A DNA stretch of 64,000 bases from Shigella phage Sf18. The notes under the pieces are model-generated. The model made no database searches and was not told where the DNA came from. It was given only the letters and a program-made list of their open reading frames with translations. Shown here piece after piece: positions 9,767 through 19,145 of this stretch (position 1 is the stretch's first letter; the number at the start of each line of letters is the position of its first letter). The stretch lies in the sequence record MF158044. One strand, 5' to 3'. Made by a program: the position numbers and the translations under genes.

Positions 9767-10207
9767 TTAGAAAGGTTTTCTACGTTGCTTGTTAATGTTA
9801 GCTTTCATGGCAGCTAAATGGTTTTGCTGTTCAATCAGTCGTGAACGTTCTTGATGACTAAGTGCCATAGTGTTCACATTCTCAATCGCTTGAGTGGCTT
9901 GTTTTAAAGCACGACCAATCTTACTAGACATTTTACGTTTTGCAATAGTTGCTTGATGTTTAGGTTCCACCACACGATAACCAACACCCATTGAAGTGAC
10001 CAGATAAATCTTCTCTTCTTTAAGAAGCTTCTCAATAAACTTCTCAAGTCGATTTAGGCGTGTAAGTGCGTAAGCTTTCATTTCATCTTCGTACTTAACA
10101 ATGTCACCTTGATAAGTCGGCTTCACAATACCTAAGAAGGTGTCCATCTCAGAGTGTGATACAGTATCACCGTAACTGAACTTTGCTGCTAATGCTTTTG
10201 TATTCAT
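9767..10207 (-). CDS. hypothetical protein (cassette gene 2)
   Basis: 146-aa ORF; flanked with 10210-10812 by paralogous repeat modules. Confidence 0.4.
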   Translation of the reverse strand: MNTKALAAKFSYGDTVSHSEMDTFLGIVKPTYQGDIVKYEDEMKAYALTRLNRLEKFIEKLLKEEKIYLVTSMGVGYRVVEPKHQATIAKRKMSSKIGRALKQATQAIENVNTMALSHQERSRLIEQQNHLAAMKANINKQRRKPF

Positions 10208-10209
10208 AA

Positions 10210-10815
<606 letters not shown>

Positions 10816-10885
10816 TTAGTTGATTGTTAAGTTGTTTGTAAAGAACCCTCAACAGAAGACTCTTTAGAAACTTGGTAGATTTTTA

Positions 10886-11170
10886 ACGTGGCTACTACCA
10901 TCCACCCTTACCTCACTTTACCTAACCTGACCTTACCAGACCCAACCGGACACTACCCTACCTAGCGAAACCTCATTAAAAGACCCTTTTAAAGACCTTT
11001 TAAAAAGGTGAGTCTCATTTTAATGTAGCTGAGACTAACTACCCTCACCAAACCGGACCAGACCCAACCCAGCCATACCAGACCATACCACACCCAACCG
11101 AACCGAACCTTACCGAGCATCACTTAAAAACCCTCTTAAAAGACTCTTAAGTGATGCTGGTGAGTACCCG
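10886..11170. repeat. composite repeat module B (paralogue of module A)
   Basis: Same components as 9486-9744 (NNACC pentamer tracts, CATCACTTAA inverted repeat, CCTCATTAAAAGACCCTTTTAAAGACCTTTTAAAAAGG block) but with the two hairpin blocks in swapped order. Confidence 0.6.
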
Positions 11171-11377
11171 TTGGTTTATGCTGCTCAGTATACTCACCAA
11201 ATTTTCTATGTCAACAACTTTATATTAAAAATTCTCTGACTACTGCATTTACTACAAATGATAACAGAGTAAGGGCTAAGGCTGATTTGTATGTTATGCT
11301 TAACAGTTTACTTATGAAGTAAGATAATGATAAAACAACAAAAACAAACAGGATAATTGCGCTAAACATGCTAACCT

Positions 11378-12478
11378 CTATTCATAATCTCGTATAACAA
11401 GCCCAACAGGGAACTGTAAAGACCCCTTACGAGTCATCTTCTGGAACTGAACCGTTAAAGGCTTCCCGATAAACTCTTCAGGATGTTCAGCAAGATACTT
11501 TTTCTTCTCGTGTGTAGTTTTCCATGAAACATCTACAAAGACGTTAGGAAGAGTCTCTACAACGAACTTACCATGACCACGTTTATCAGTCTTTACACCA
11601 GTTACTTTAAATTCCTGTGTGTGCATCTTCTTGTGCTTAATCAGGAAGTAAGAGCGATGACCACACTCATAGAACGAATCTGGTGAGATTGACCGATACA
11701 TTGCCCCTTCAAACTTGAGTTTAACCCAGTTGTCATGAGCATTATCAAATTCTTCCCAAGAGTTAACACGGATTGTCTGAACAGGTACAACCCTGCAAGC
11801 ATCACCGAGTTCAACGATTGGTGAATTATCAATAACTTCACGACGCTCAGGCCAAGATTTAGTCTTGTCACAGATATCATACCAGTAGAATTTAAGAAGG
11901 TGACGGTCTGGATTGTCAGCATTCTTAATCATAGATACAATATCTTCCAAGTCCCAACCATGAGCATAAATCTCCCCGTCGAAATCCTCAACATCTTTGT
12001 GCAGTTTCAGCATAAGAAGAACATCAGGAATCAACTCTACAGGAATGTTGTATACCGTGTTCTCACGAGAATATGCCGTAAAACTTTCTGAGTCAGCATC
12101 TCTTGAAATCCTGCAACGAACACCATCAAGTTTAGGTTGAGCATCGGCAGGGAATACCAGATACTTCTTGTGACTTATCTTGGAAGCATCCTGAGCAAGC
12201 TGTACACCAACCTTCTCAACATTCTCTGCTTCAGATTTTGTGTAAGCATATCCTTTACGGTCAACCTGCTTCTTGTACTTAGCAGCAACTTCAAAGAGAG
12301 CTTGCTGTTCAGCATTACGCTCATTCTTTTTACCGATGTTCTTAGGTTCTGCTGTGTACTCTTCAAACATCATCTTGCCATTTTCTTTACCATAAGTTGT
12401 GACGACTTTATCACCTACAGCAACACATGACCAGACGTTGAAAGAACCATCTTTATTTTGTTTGTACAGAATTGTCAT
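11378..12478 (-). CDS. ATP-dependent DNA ligase
   Basis: 366 aa; adenylation motif KLDGVR (KxDG) and downstream nucleotidyltransferase-like blocks. Confidence 0.8.
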   Translation of the reverse strand: MTILYKQNKDGSFNVWSCVAVGDKVVTTYGKENGKMMFEEYTAEPKNIGKKNERNAEQQALFEVAAKYKKQVDRKGYAYTKSEAENVEKVGVQLAQDASKISHKKYLVFPADAQPKLDGVRCRISRDADSESFTAYSRENTVYNIPVELIPDVLLMLKLHKDVEDFDGEIYAHGWDLEDIVSMIKNADNPDRHLLKFYWYDICDKTKSWPERREVIDNSPIVELGDACRVVPVQTIRVNSWEEFDNAHDNWVKLKFEGAMYRSISPDSFYECGHRSYFLIKHKKMHTQEFKVTGVKTDKRGHGKFVVETLPNVFVDVSWKTTHEKKKYLAEHPEEFIGKPLTVQFQKMTRKGSLQFPVGLVIRDYE

Positions 12479-12681
12479 TTACGTTTCCCACCAATTTCTA
12501 CATCAATAACTTGTGTGTCTCCACAAACATCAAACTTATGAATGATATTCTCTACAGTGTAAGTCCAACCATCAATCCTTACCCATTCACCTTCTCGTGG
12601 CACTATTGGGTTACGTTGTGCTACAGTTGTAGTTGAGTGAACAACGTCATACTTATAGATAAAATTTACCAGAACCTGCAT
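12475..12681 (-). CDS. hypothetical protein
   Basis: Start moved to internal Met (MQVLVNF) preceded by GGAGGAT SD; avoids overlap with upstream lipoprotein gene. Confidence 0.35.
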   Translation of the reverse strand: MQVLVNFIYKYDVVHSTTTVAQRNPIVPREGEWVRIDGWTYTVENIIHKFDVCGDTQVIDVEIGGKRK

Positions 12682-12682
12682 A

Positions 12683-12928
12683 TCAATATCCTCCATCAAA
12701 AACTGTGGTGTGTGACTGACTATTCTTCCCATACTTGTAAGAAGTTGTAGTCTGAGAATTTGGGCAGCGAACTACAATAACATCCCTGCTAATGGCATCA
12801 CCATTAAGCTTATAAATCTTGCAGTCTTGCATTTCTGGAGGAAGTCTGTAAGAGGCATCCTTATTCTCATAAGAAGGGTTGCACCCCACCAGTAAGACTA
12901 CTAAAGCTGGTATCAATAATTTTAACAT
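12683..12928 (-). CDS. small lipoprotein
   Basis: 81 aa; signal peptide ending in lipobox LLVGC (MLKLLIPALVVLLVGC). Confidence 0.4.
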   Translation of the reverse strand: MLKLLIPALVVLLVGCNPSYENKDASYRLPPEMQDCKIYKLNGDAISRDVIVVRCPNSQTTTSYKYGKNSQSHTTVFDGGY

Positions 12929-12938
12929 TTTAAACCTC

Positions 12939-13190
12939 TCAATAAAATAAGTCTGAAGCTTTTGAATTTACAGGATTCAAAGAACCTTCGTAATGTTCTT
13001 CATAACCCTCTTGGCAGATATTATACAGTTCTTTGAATCGGGTTTCATCAACTGGTTTAACATCTTTCTTAGCGCATAAGAAGAGATACCAATCATACCC
13101 CAAATCCCTGCACCAAGCCTCTGAGACAAAAGCTATTGATTTGTCTTCGCTCTTGAAGATTGCTAAAGCTTCTTGCTCTTTATTGCTCAC
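12939..13190 (-). CDS. hypothetical protein
   Basis: 83-aa ORF, no recognisable motif. Confidence 0.35.
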   Translation of the reverse strand: MSNKEQEALAIFKSEDKSIAFVSEAWCRDLGYDWYLFLCAKKDVKPVDETRFKELYNICQEGYEEHYEGSLNPVNSKASDLFY

Positions 13191-13323
13191 GATACTCTAC
13201 CTCTCTAAAAGTTTTATGGTAATAGATTTTGTAGTAAGCTATCTCGTTACTTTTAACATTTGTTTTAAGAAGAGTCCAGTCATAACCTTCACCAACTCTT
13301 CCCCAAATGCTATAAAGTTTCAT
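13180..13323 (-). CDS. hypothetical small protein
   Basis: Start moved to internal Met (MKLYSIW) with GGAG SD; the longer track ORF would overlap the upstream gene. Confidence 0.3.
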   Translation of the reverse strand: MKLYSIWGRVGEGYDWTLLKTNVKSNEIAYYKIYYHKTFREVEYREQ

Positions 13324-13501
13324 TAAAGATACTCCATCCAGTTTTCTGCCAAGGTTCCCCCTTGTACCATGCAGCCATTGGGTAACCCATTTCACATACA
13401 ACCTTTCCGTCTTTTATTTCAAAGAACTCATCAGATGTGAAATTTTCATTTCGAACTTTCTTGCCCTGTTTCATAGCTTCGAGAGCTTCTTCGTATGTCA
13501 T
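13310..13501 (-). CDS. DUF2829-like small protein (possible Tad2-like anti-Thoeris sponge)
   Basis: 63 aa starting MTYEEALEAMKQGKKVRN, matching from memory the N-terminal signature of DUF2829/Tad2 proteins; GGAG SD; track start is a TTG extension. Confidence 0.35.
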   Translation of the reverse strand: MTYEEALEAMKQGKKVRNENFTSDEFFEIKDGKVVCEMGYPMAAWYKGEPWQKTGWSIFNETL

Positions 13502-13707
13502 TTTTGGTGTCTCCAAAATTCGATGTCAATAAGTTCCTGTGCAATACTCTTCAGATTCCCTTTCAAGAAAACCTTTTCAGAGTTAGGTAGGCTTGCATTA
13601 TCAATGAGTCTATTCATTCTGTCAAAAAGAGTTTTCTTCCGATTCTTGATAGTCTCTTTTGAAGCACCTTGCATCATGGCAAGATGAGTTCTTCCACGGT
13701 GGCTCAT
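13498..13707 (-). CDS. hypothetical protein
   Basis: 69-aa ORF, ATGA-coupled to neighbours. Confidence 0.3.
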   Translation of the reverse strand: MSHRGRTHLAMMQGASKETIKNRKKTLFDRMNRLIDNASLPNSEKVFLKGNLKSIAQELIDIEFWRHQK

Positions 13708-13904
13708 AGACGTTCACCTTTAAGGTAACCTGTCTTATCCTTGATAATCTTACCTCCAGCAATAAAAATATCAACCTTGCGAAGATTTTCATTAGAAAGC
13801 TTGAGGTGCTTATGGCTACTGCAAATGATGATGCACATAGTCTCAATCTCACTTTGAGAATATCCAGCACATTGCAGTTGAACTTCAATTTCTGAAATAG
13901 TCAT
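13704..13904 (-). CDS. hypothetical protein
   Basis: 66-aa ORF immediately downstream of DNA polymerase. Confidence 0.3.
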   Translation of the reverse strand: MTISEIEVQLQCAGYSQSEIETMCIIICSSHKHLKLSNENLRKVDIFIAGGKIIKDKTGYLKGERL

Positions 13905-13965
13905 ACAAGTCTCCTATACAATATATAGTATAAGGTACTCTTCCATGAGCACCTTGTCAACACTA

Positions 13966-16665
13966 TTAGTGGACTTCAAGCCACGATTTACCAACTTTCC
14001 CTGCACCTGTGACCAATGTCTCTTTTCTTAGCCCAAGGTTCTTAGATGCTTGACCATAATACCAGTCAGTTACTGCTTTCACATCTGCTGTCATGCTCTC
14101 TGGACATTCCCAGCTTGTTTCATCGTGGTAAGCACAGAGTAAGCGAGCACCAATAGCTGGTTTACGACCATTCAACTTCATCAAACCTTCGTCAATCATA
14201 CGACGACATGCAAGGTTGATTGCTTCATTCTGAACTTGTGCTTCTGAACCCATCAGCAAATAGTTCAAGAGTTTGTGTGGAGACTTACACCACAGCCAAG
14301 CCCCAGCAACCTTCACAAAACCACCTTTAGAGATTGCAGCAGTTTTACCAAACACCTCTTCAAGTGCTTTCTTAGTTGCTTTGAAATCAGCTTCCAAGTT
14401 GTCTAACAGTTTCTTAATCTTCGGCAAACGCACAAAGTAAGTCTGCTTAGTCAATGCACCTTCCTGAGTAGTTGCTGCTTTAATTGTCTTGGCAAACTTC
14501 TCATCACCTGCACCGAACAACAAAGCATAGATACCATTCTTAGCTTTCTTACGTCCCTTGCTAATCTCATGAAGAAGATTCTCATCCTGAGTAGCACGAC
14601 AAGTCAAGATATCTTGCTCATCATTAAGGCTGAAGTAGATACTGTTCAGAGTGTGAGCATCAGTCCCTGAGTAAACTACGTACAAATCGTTTTCAGAGTC
14701 GTAACGCAGATACTTGTCAATCTCTGGATTCAGATACTGGTCAAAGTGTTTACAGTAGTATCTTCCATCCTCTTGACGGACAAACTCAATCTCTTCTTTA
14801 CCCTCTGTTACCGCTTTGGTGAAGTCTTTATCACCCATGAAGTTACAGAGTAGTACAAGCTGTGCAGAGTTCATATCAACAGATACTACGTTGGTTCCCT
14901 CTTCACAAATCCACACTGCCCTCATTGGCTCACCGTACACGGCAGCACCAGAAGGTACGTTTACAATACCATACTGAGTCATACGTCCAGTAGAAGTACC
15001 AAACACCATTGCACCTGCACTCAAACGACCATCTGGACGAATCTGGTTCAGCCAACCTTTCTCATCATCCTTTGAGTTCTCAATAGTCCTGCGTCGGTGC
15101 ATCAAAGTATAGTACTTCGCAATCTTCTGTCCAAGCTCACCTTCGATTGTATCATAAGAAGACTCTGTAAGCTTTGGTGAAGTCCTAATCAAGCAAGGCT
15201 CAAGCACATCTGTGTACTTCTTAACAGACCAGTTATGCTCAATGTAATAGACACCTTCATGCTCAATGTAATTCAATCCACAACGTTCAACCATCTCATC
15301 CCACTTAGGATGTTTGCGAATCATCTTTTTGTTGTCTTTGAATCTGCAAACCTTGATAGGACGACCATCAGAATCTTTTTTATAGTTCCAATCATCAGGA
15401 ATCCAACCAACGGATTTTAAGTAATCCTTCACCACAGCTACCTGAGTCATTCGTGAAACTTCAAACTCAATTGGTGTAAATGGTGCATCAATCAAACCAG
15501 TGTAGCGACTAGACTCTAACTCAAAGTGATTAACAACGTGAACGTTGTAGTACTTCACAGTTTTCACAGTCTTAACTGGCTTCCAATCTTTACACTTCTT
15601 GCCAATCTTCTCATTCAGTTCATTACAAACTGCACGAGCATCTTTCATTGCTACAAAACCTTCAGGGTACTCTTCTTTTGTGACCGTGTTAGTTGGAGTG
15701 TAGCAGTTGCGCTTCTCAACATTAAAAATCTTTGTGGTTGGCTTACCATATGGCTTGATAGGGTACTGCTTCAACTCACCTTCACGCATCTGTTCACGAT
15801 ACTTTGTCTTAGGGTACTTGGTAATCCTTTTTAAACCGTCAACGTGACCAAATGTATCTACATACTCGTTCCAAGACTTGGCAAATTCTTCACCTGTAAC
15901 TTTACCTTTTGTCTTAATAGTTGGTGGAAGGTGTGGTTCAACCTCAGCAGCCAACTCATTAGTTAACTTGTCAAGCTCTTTAACGTGGAACTGCATAAGT
16001 TCTACATCAGCTTTCCAACCGTTGATAGCTTGCTGACTCATCCAGAAAGATGTTTCTTTAGCTCGCATGTAGGTTTCATAAGTGTCAACACCACACTTCT
16101 TAAGCTTGAGGTACTCATTATCAAGAGCACGTTTAGTTTTGGCGTTAATCTTAATATCTTCTACAACACGAGTAAGAATCTCTGCATTCCAGACACCCCA
16201 CTCTTCAATCTCTGGTTTACGAACACCAACACGAGCACCCCATGCAGCCAAACCATGAGCACCTTTGTAACCTTTTGGTGTAGGTCTATCCATCCACTGT
16301 ACGCGAGATTGGATAAGTGAATCCTGAAAGAAGTCACTCCAAGGCTTGCACTTAGGATTCTCAAAGTTCCACAGGTCAGGTGCAATGTGATTAAACACCC
16401 ACCAGTCATAACCAAGACCATTGTGGATACAAAGACGTTTAGCTTTCAGTGCAAACTCAACACCTTCACGCAGACCACCTTTGATGTATTTTGTATACTT
16501 GTGACCAAGAATAGGCTCATCAGTGAACACCCACACAGCAGGTTCATCACTGTCATCTTTATAGTCTGCGAAAGCCATTACGTGTGCTTTTGTAAACTCA
16601 AGGAGCAACCCATCAGTTTCTGTATCACCAACCAAATGTAATTTTTCGAAATCTACATTGTCCAT
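13966..16665 (-). CDS. DNA polymerase, family A, with 3'-5' exonuclease domain
   Basis: 899 aa; Exo I motif DTETDG; pol motif A (VDMNSAQL), motif B (KKAKNGIYALLFGAG), motif C (YHDE). Confidence 0.9.
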   Translation of the reverse strand: MDNVDFEKLHLVGDTETDGLLLEFTKAHVMAFADYKDDSDEPAVWVFTDEPILGHKYTKYIKGGLREGVEFALKAKRLCIHNGLGYDWWVFNHIAPDLWNFENPKCKPWSDFFQDSLIQSRVQWMDRPTPKGYKGAHGLAAWGARVGVRKPEIEEWGVWNAEILTRVVEDIKINAKTKRALDNEYLKLKKCGVDTYETYMRAKETSFWMSQQAINGWKADVELMQFHVKELDKLTNELAAEVEPHLPPTIKTKGKVTGEEFAKSWNEYVDTFGHVDGLKRITKYPKTKYREQMREGELKQYPIKPYGKPTTKIFNVEKRNCYTPTNTVTKEEYPEGFVAMKDARAVCNELNEKIGKKCKDWKPVKTVKTVKYYNVHVVNHFELESSRYTGLIDAPFTPIEFEVSRMTQVAVVKDYLKSVGWIPDDWNYKKDSDGRPIKVCRFKDNKKMIRKHPKWDEMVERCGLNYIEHEGVYYIEHNWSVKKYTDVLEPCLIRTSPKLTESSYDTIEGELGQKIAKYYTLMHRRRTIENSKDDEKGWLNQIRPDGRLSAGAMVFGTSTGRMTQYGIVNVPSGAAVYGEPMRAVWICEEGTNVVSVDMNSAQLVLLCNFMGDKDFTKAVTEGKEEIEFVRQEDGRYYCKHFDQYLNPEIDKYLRYDSENDLYVVYSGTDAHTLNSIYFSLNDEQDILTCRATQDENLLHEISKGRKKAKNGIYALLFGAGDEKFAKTIKAATTQEGALTKQTYFVRLPKIKKLLDNLEADFKATKKALEEVFGKTAAISKGGFVKVAGAWLWCKSPHKLLNYLLMGSEAQVQNEAINLACRRMIDEGLMKLNGRKPAIGARLLCAYHDETSWECPESMTADVKAVTDWYYGQASKNLGLRKETLVTGAGKVGKSWLEVH

Positions 16666-16924
16666 TTTTACTCCCTCTCAAATCATTCTGGATAATACCC
16701 TACAGCAATTTTCTTCAAAAAGCAAGTTGACAAACTACTTGACAAGGTGTTAGTCTTTTCGAAGTGGGTTTTATCTTAATAGACTCCCTTTATAGATTAA
16801 CTATACAGTTTCTTTAAAAGTCTTAAAAGATTTTTAATAGCTTTTAAAAAGCTTTAAAGTTATATGTATAACATACATAAAGATAAGAGATTAAAATCTT
16901 TATAGATACTTAACAGAGGCAATC
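16666..16924. promoter_or_regulatory. divergent promoter/control region
   Basis: 259-bp AT-rich gap between divergently transcribed polymerase and + strand genes; tandem TTGACA boxes (TTGACAAACTACTTGACAAGG) and clustered CTTTTAAAAG palindromes. Confidence 0.4.
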
Positions 16925-17365
16925 ATGCAGAGGATGTACGTTCACCCAGATATCAATAACCTTGTCCAAGCTTTAGAAAGAGTTGAAGCACTTTACATCG
17001 AGGCTCAGAAGGAGTATGCTTATCAACATCGTCGAATGGTTGATGTTCAGCATGAGATAGAACTATCAAGTGGATATGACGAAGGTTTAAAGTGCTCGGT
17101 ATTTGAGCACATGAAAGAGATATCTTCAGAAAGACGTAAAGCGAAAGACACAATCTTTTTGATAGATACCTTAAAAAATAAGTTGCAAAATGGAACGGAC
17201 TTAGATAGTCTATCCCAACTGCTTCAGGATGCAGAGAATACATGGGACAGAAATTACTTCCCACGGTCTGAAAAAGGGCTTGACTTCTCTTCACAAGAAA
17301 GCTTAAGATTATCACGACTTACTATTAACAAAATGAGAGAGATTAAAGATGAAAACTGTAAATGA
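16925..17365 (+). CDS. hypothetical protein
   Basis: 146-aa ORF, first gene of rightward unit, SD AGAGG. Confidence 0.4.
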   Translation: MQRMYVHPDINNLVQALERVEALYIEAQKEYAYQHRRMVDVQHEIELSSGYDEGLKCSVFEHMKEISSERRKAKDTIFLIDTLKNKLQNGTDLDSLSQLLQDAENTWDRNYFPRSEKGLDFSSQESLRLSRLTINKMREIKDENCK

Positions 17366-18143
17366 GATTCTGGAAGAAAAAGGTATTGACGAAGCATTCA
17401 TGCTGAACACCGTTGAGACTCTTGCTATCATTATGCGTAGCAACTCACTGTCAGGAAAATTTATCCCTGAATCTCTGCGTGTTGTAAAAAACGCTGTAGA
17501 GAATGACGAAGATTTCCGTAAAGAGGTTGAATACCTGCTGTCTAATAAGACTGATGCTCTGAAGACCATCTTCATTGGTGTTGATGCCTTTGCAGCATAC
17601 ATCTTTGATGAAATGTATTCAGGTGGATACATCCAGATTACTGAGAAGGGTATTAAAGAGCTTGATAACATGAGTGATGAAGACCTTCTGAAAGCTATTT
17701 GTACGCCAGTTGCTGCGGTAATGGCATCACTAGAGAAGCGTATGAATGATAAGTCACCACGTTATGCAAAACTGGATTGGGGCTTTGATGAAGTATCTGA
17801 CAAGGCAATTCAGTATGCTGATGAGACAATGAATAAGCTGTCAGAGATTACTAATGGTCTCTCTTTAGACCCTATTCAGGTTAAAGTGACTTCAATGTTA
17901 AATGCTATCTTTAGCATCATGGGTATCCACGCTTTACTTGAAGTTTCAAAGATGTTAGAGTCTGACCCAAGCTTTGTAGAGAGCATGTCACAAGGTGCTC
18001 ATACAGCAGCACTCGGAGAAGTATTTAGTCAAACTGGTGCAGCAGTTCTTAGCACTAAGATTGCAATTAACTTCGGTGAAGAGTTTGTTCAGCAGCTAGA
18101 AGCAATGTCTGAGCGTGAACTCACTGGTTCTAAACTACAATAA
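17349..18143 (+). CDS. hypothetical protein
   Basis: 264-aa ORF, no recognisable motif. Confidence 0.4.
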   Translation: MKTVNEILEEKGIDEAFMLNTVETLAIIMRSNSLSGKFIPESLRVVKNAVENDEDFRKEVEYLLSNKTDALKTIFIGVDAFAAYIFDEMYSGGYIQITEKGIKELDNMSDEDLLKAICTPVAAVMASLEKRMNDKSPRYAKLDWGFDEVSDKAIQYADETMNKLSEITNGLSLDPIQVKVTSMLNAIFSIMGIHALLEVSKMLESDPSFVESMSQGAHTAALGEVFSQTGAAVLSTKIAINFGEEFVQQLEAMSERELTGSKLQ

Positions 18144-18159
18144 TTGTGGCATACCCTTA

Positions 18160-18184
18160 AGCCTCCTTAATTGGGGGCTTTTTA
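18160..18184 (+). terminator. intrinsic terminator
   Basis: AGCCTCC-TTAATT-GGGGGCT hairpin followed by TTTTT. Confidence 0.4.
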
Positions 18185-18200
18185 TTATGGAGTGACTTAT

Positions 18201-18941
18201 ATGAAAAGTGTTATTGCATTTACTGGAAAAGCTCGTTCTGGAAAGGATACGTCTTGCAGCATTGTAAAAAATCTATTGAATGAGGCAGGATACACTGTTA
18301 AAGTGTTTGCGTTTGCCGATAACTTAAAAGCAACTGCTGGATTTATCTTTGACTTAAACTGGCACGACCTATACGGTGATACGAAAGAAACGCCTAAAAA
18401 GTTTAGCTTAGATTTTGACAACCTTAACTCTCGTGTGGCATGGGCTTTCAATATAAACATGAAAAGCAAGGGTATACAAGATGATGCAAAACTTTGTGGG
18501 GAAATCACAGACAGGCTTATCAAAGAGTTAAAGAAAGTTGGTAAACCTACATTGCTTACAAAGCTTGGTTTGAAAAATGAATATATAATTTCCTCAAGAC
18601 AAATACAGCAGGTATGGGGTAGTGAGGTTATCCGTAAAATTCTTGGAGAGCGTTTCTGGATTACAGATTTGGCAGAACGTATTGAAAAATTCTATGGTGA
18701 TTGCGTTAAGAAAAGTCACATAGGTATTGCACTGGTATGTGATTTAAGGTTTGATATTGAAGCTGAGTTCCTTCAAAGCTATGATAGTCAGATAATTGAG
18801 ATTACAAGAAAAGATGCTATTCAGGTGGCTTCCCATAGCTCTGAACGTGGTATCTCCACTAACTTCTCTCGTGATATTATCCAGAATAATGGAACGATGG
18901 AAGAATTAGAGAGCAAACTTAAAACCATTATCAATCTGTAA
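18201..18941 (+). CDS. deoxynucleoside monophosphate kinase
   Basis: Start at internal Met (MKSVIAFTGKARSGKDT) with GGAGTGA SD; P-loop context resembles T4 gp1 dNMP kinase N-terminus. Confidence 0.6.
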   Translation: MKSVIAFTGKARSGKDTSCSIVKNLLNEAGYTVKVFAFADNLKATAGFIFDLNWHDLYGDTKETPKKFSLDFDNLNSRVAWAFNINMKSKGIQDDAKLCGEITDRLIKELKKVGKPTLLTKLGLKNEYIISSRQIQQVWGSEVIRKILGERFWITDLAERIEKFYGDCVKKSHIGIALVCDLRFDIEAEFLQSYDSQIIEITRKDAIQVASHSSERGISTNFSRDIIQNNGTMEELESKLKTIINL

Positions 18942-18944
18942 AAG

Positions 18945-19145
18945 GTGTTGAAGATGAGAGAGAATAACTTTAAAGTAATTGACCACCGTACAGTGGAACT
19001 CTCATCTCTTTCCAAAGAAGTTATGATGGAGCGACTTGAAAGGGTCGCTTCAAGAAGGAAAGAGATTGCAGAAGAAATCCATGAGCTTGATAAGATTGAA
19101 AACGGTCTTAAGGCAGAACTACAACGAAGAGGTGTGAATGGCTAA
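18945..19145 (+). CDS. hypothetical coiled-coil protein
   Basis: 66-aa charged ORF immediately upstream of primase-helicase. Confidence 0.3.
   Translation: MLKMRENNFKVIDHRTVELSSLSKEVMMERLERVASRRKEIAEEIHELDKIENGLKAELQRRGVNG

Noticed and set aside
13966-16665. T4-like (Tevenvirinae) identity because of rII, NrdAB/DG, td/frd-like genes and HxH fibres
   Set aside because: The polymerase has family A motifs (DTETDG exo motif, K..AK..G..YALLFGAG, YHDE) and the primase-helicase is the fused T7 gp4 type, unlike the T4 family B polymerase and gp41/gp61 system; gene content fits Felix O1-like phages better.
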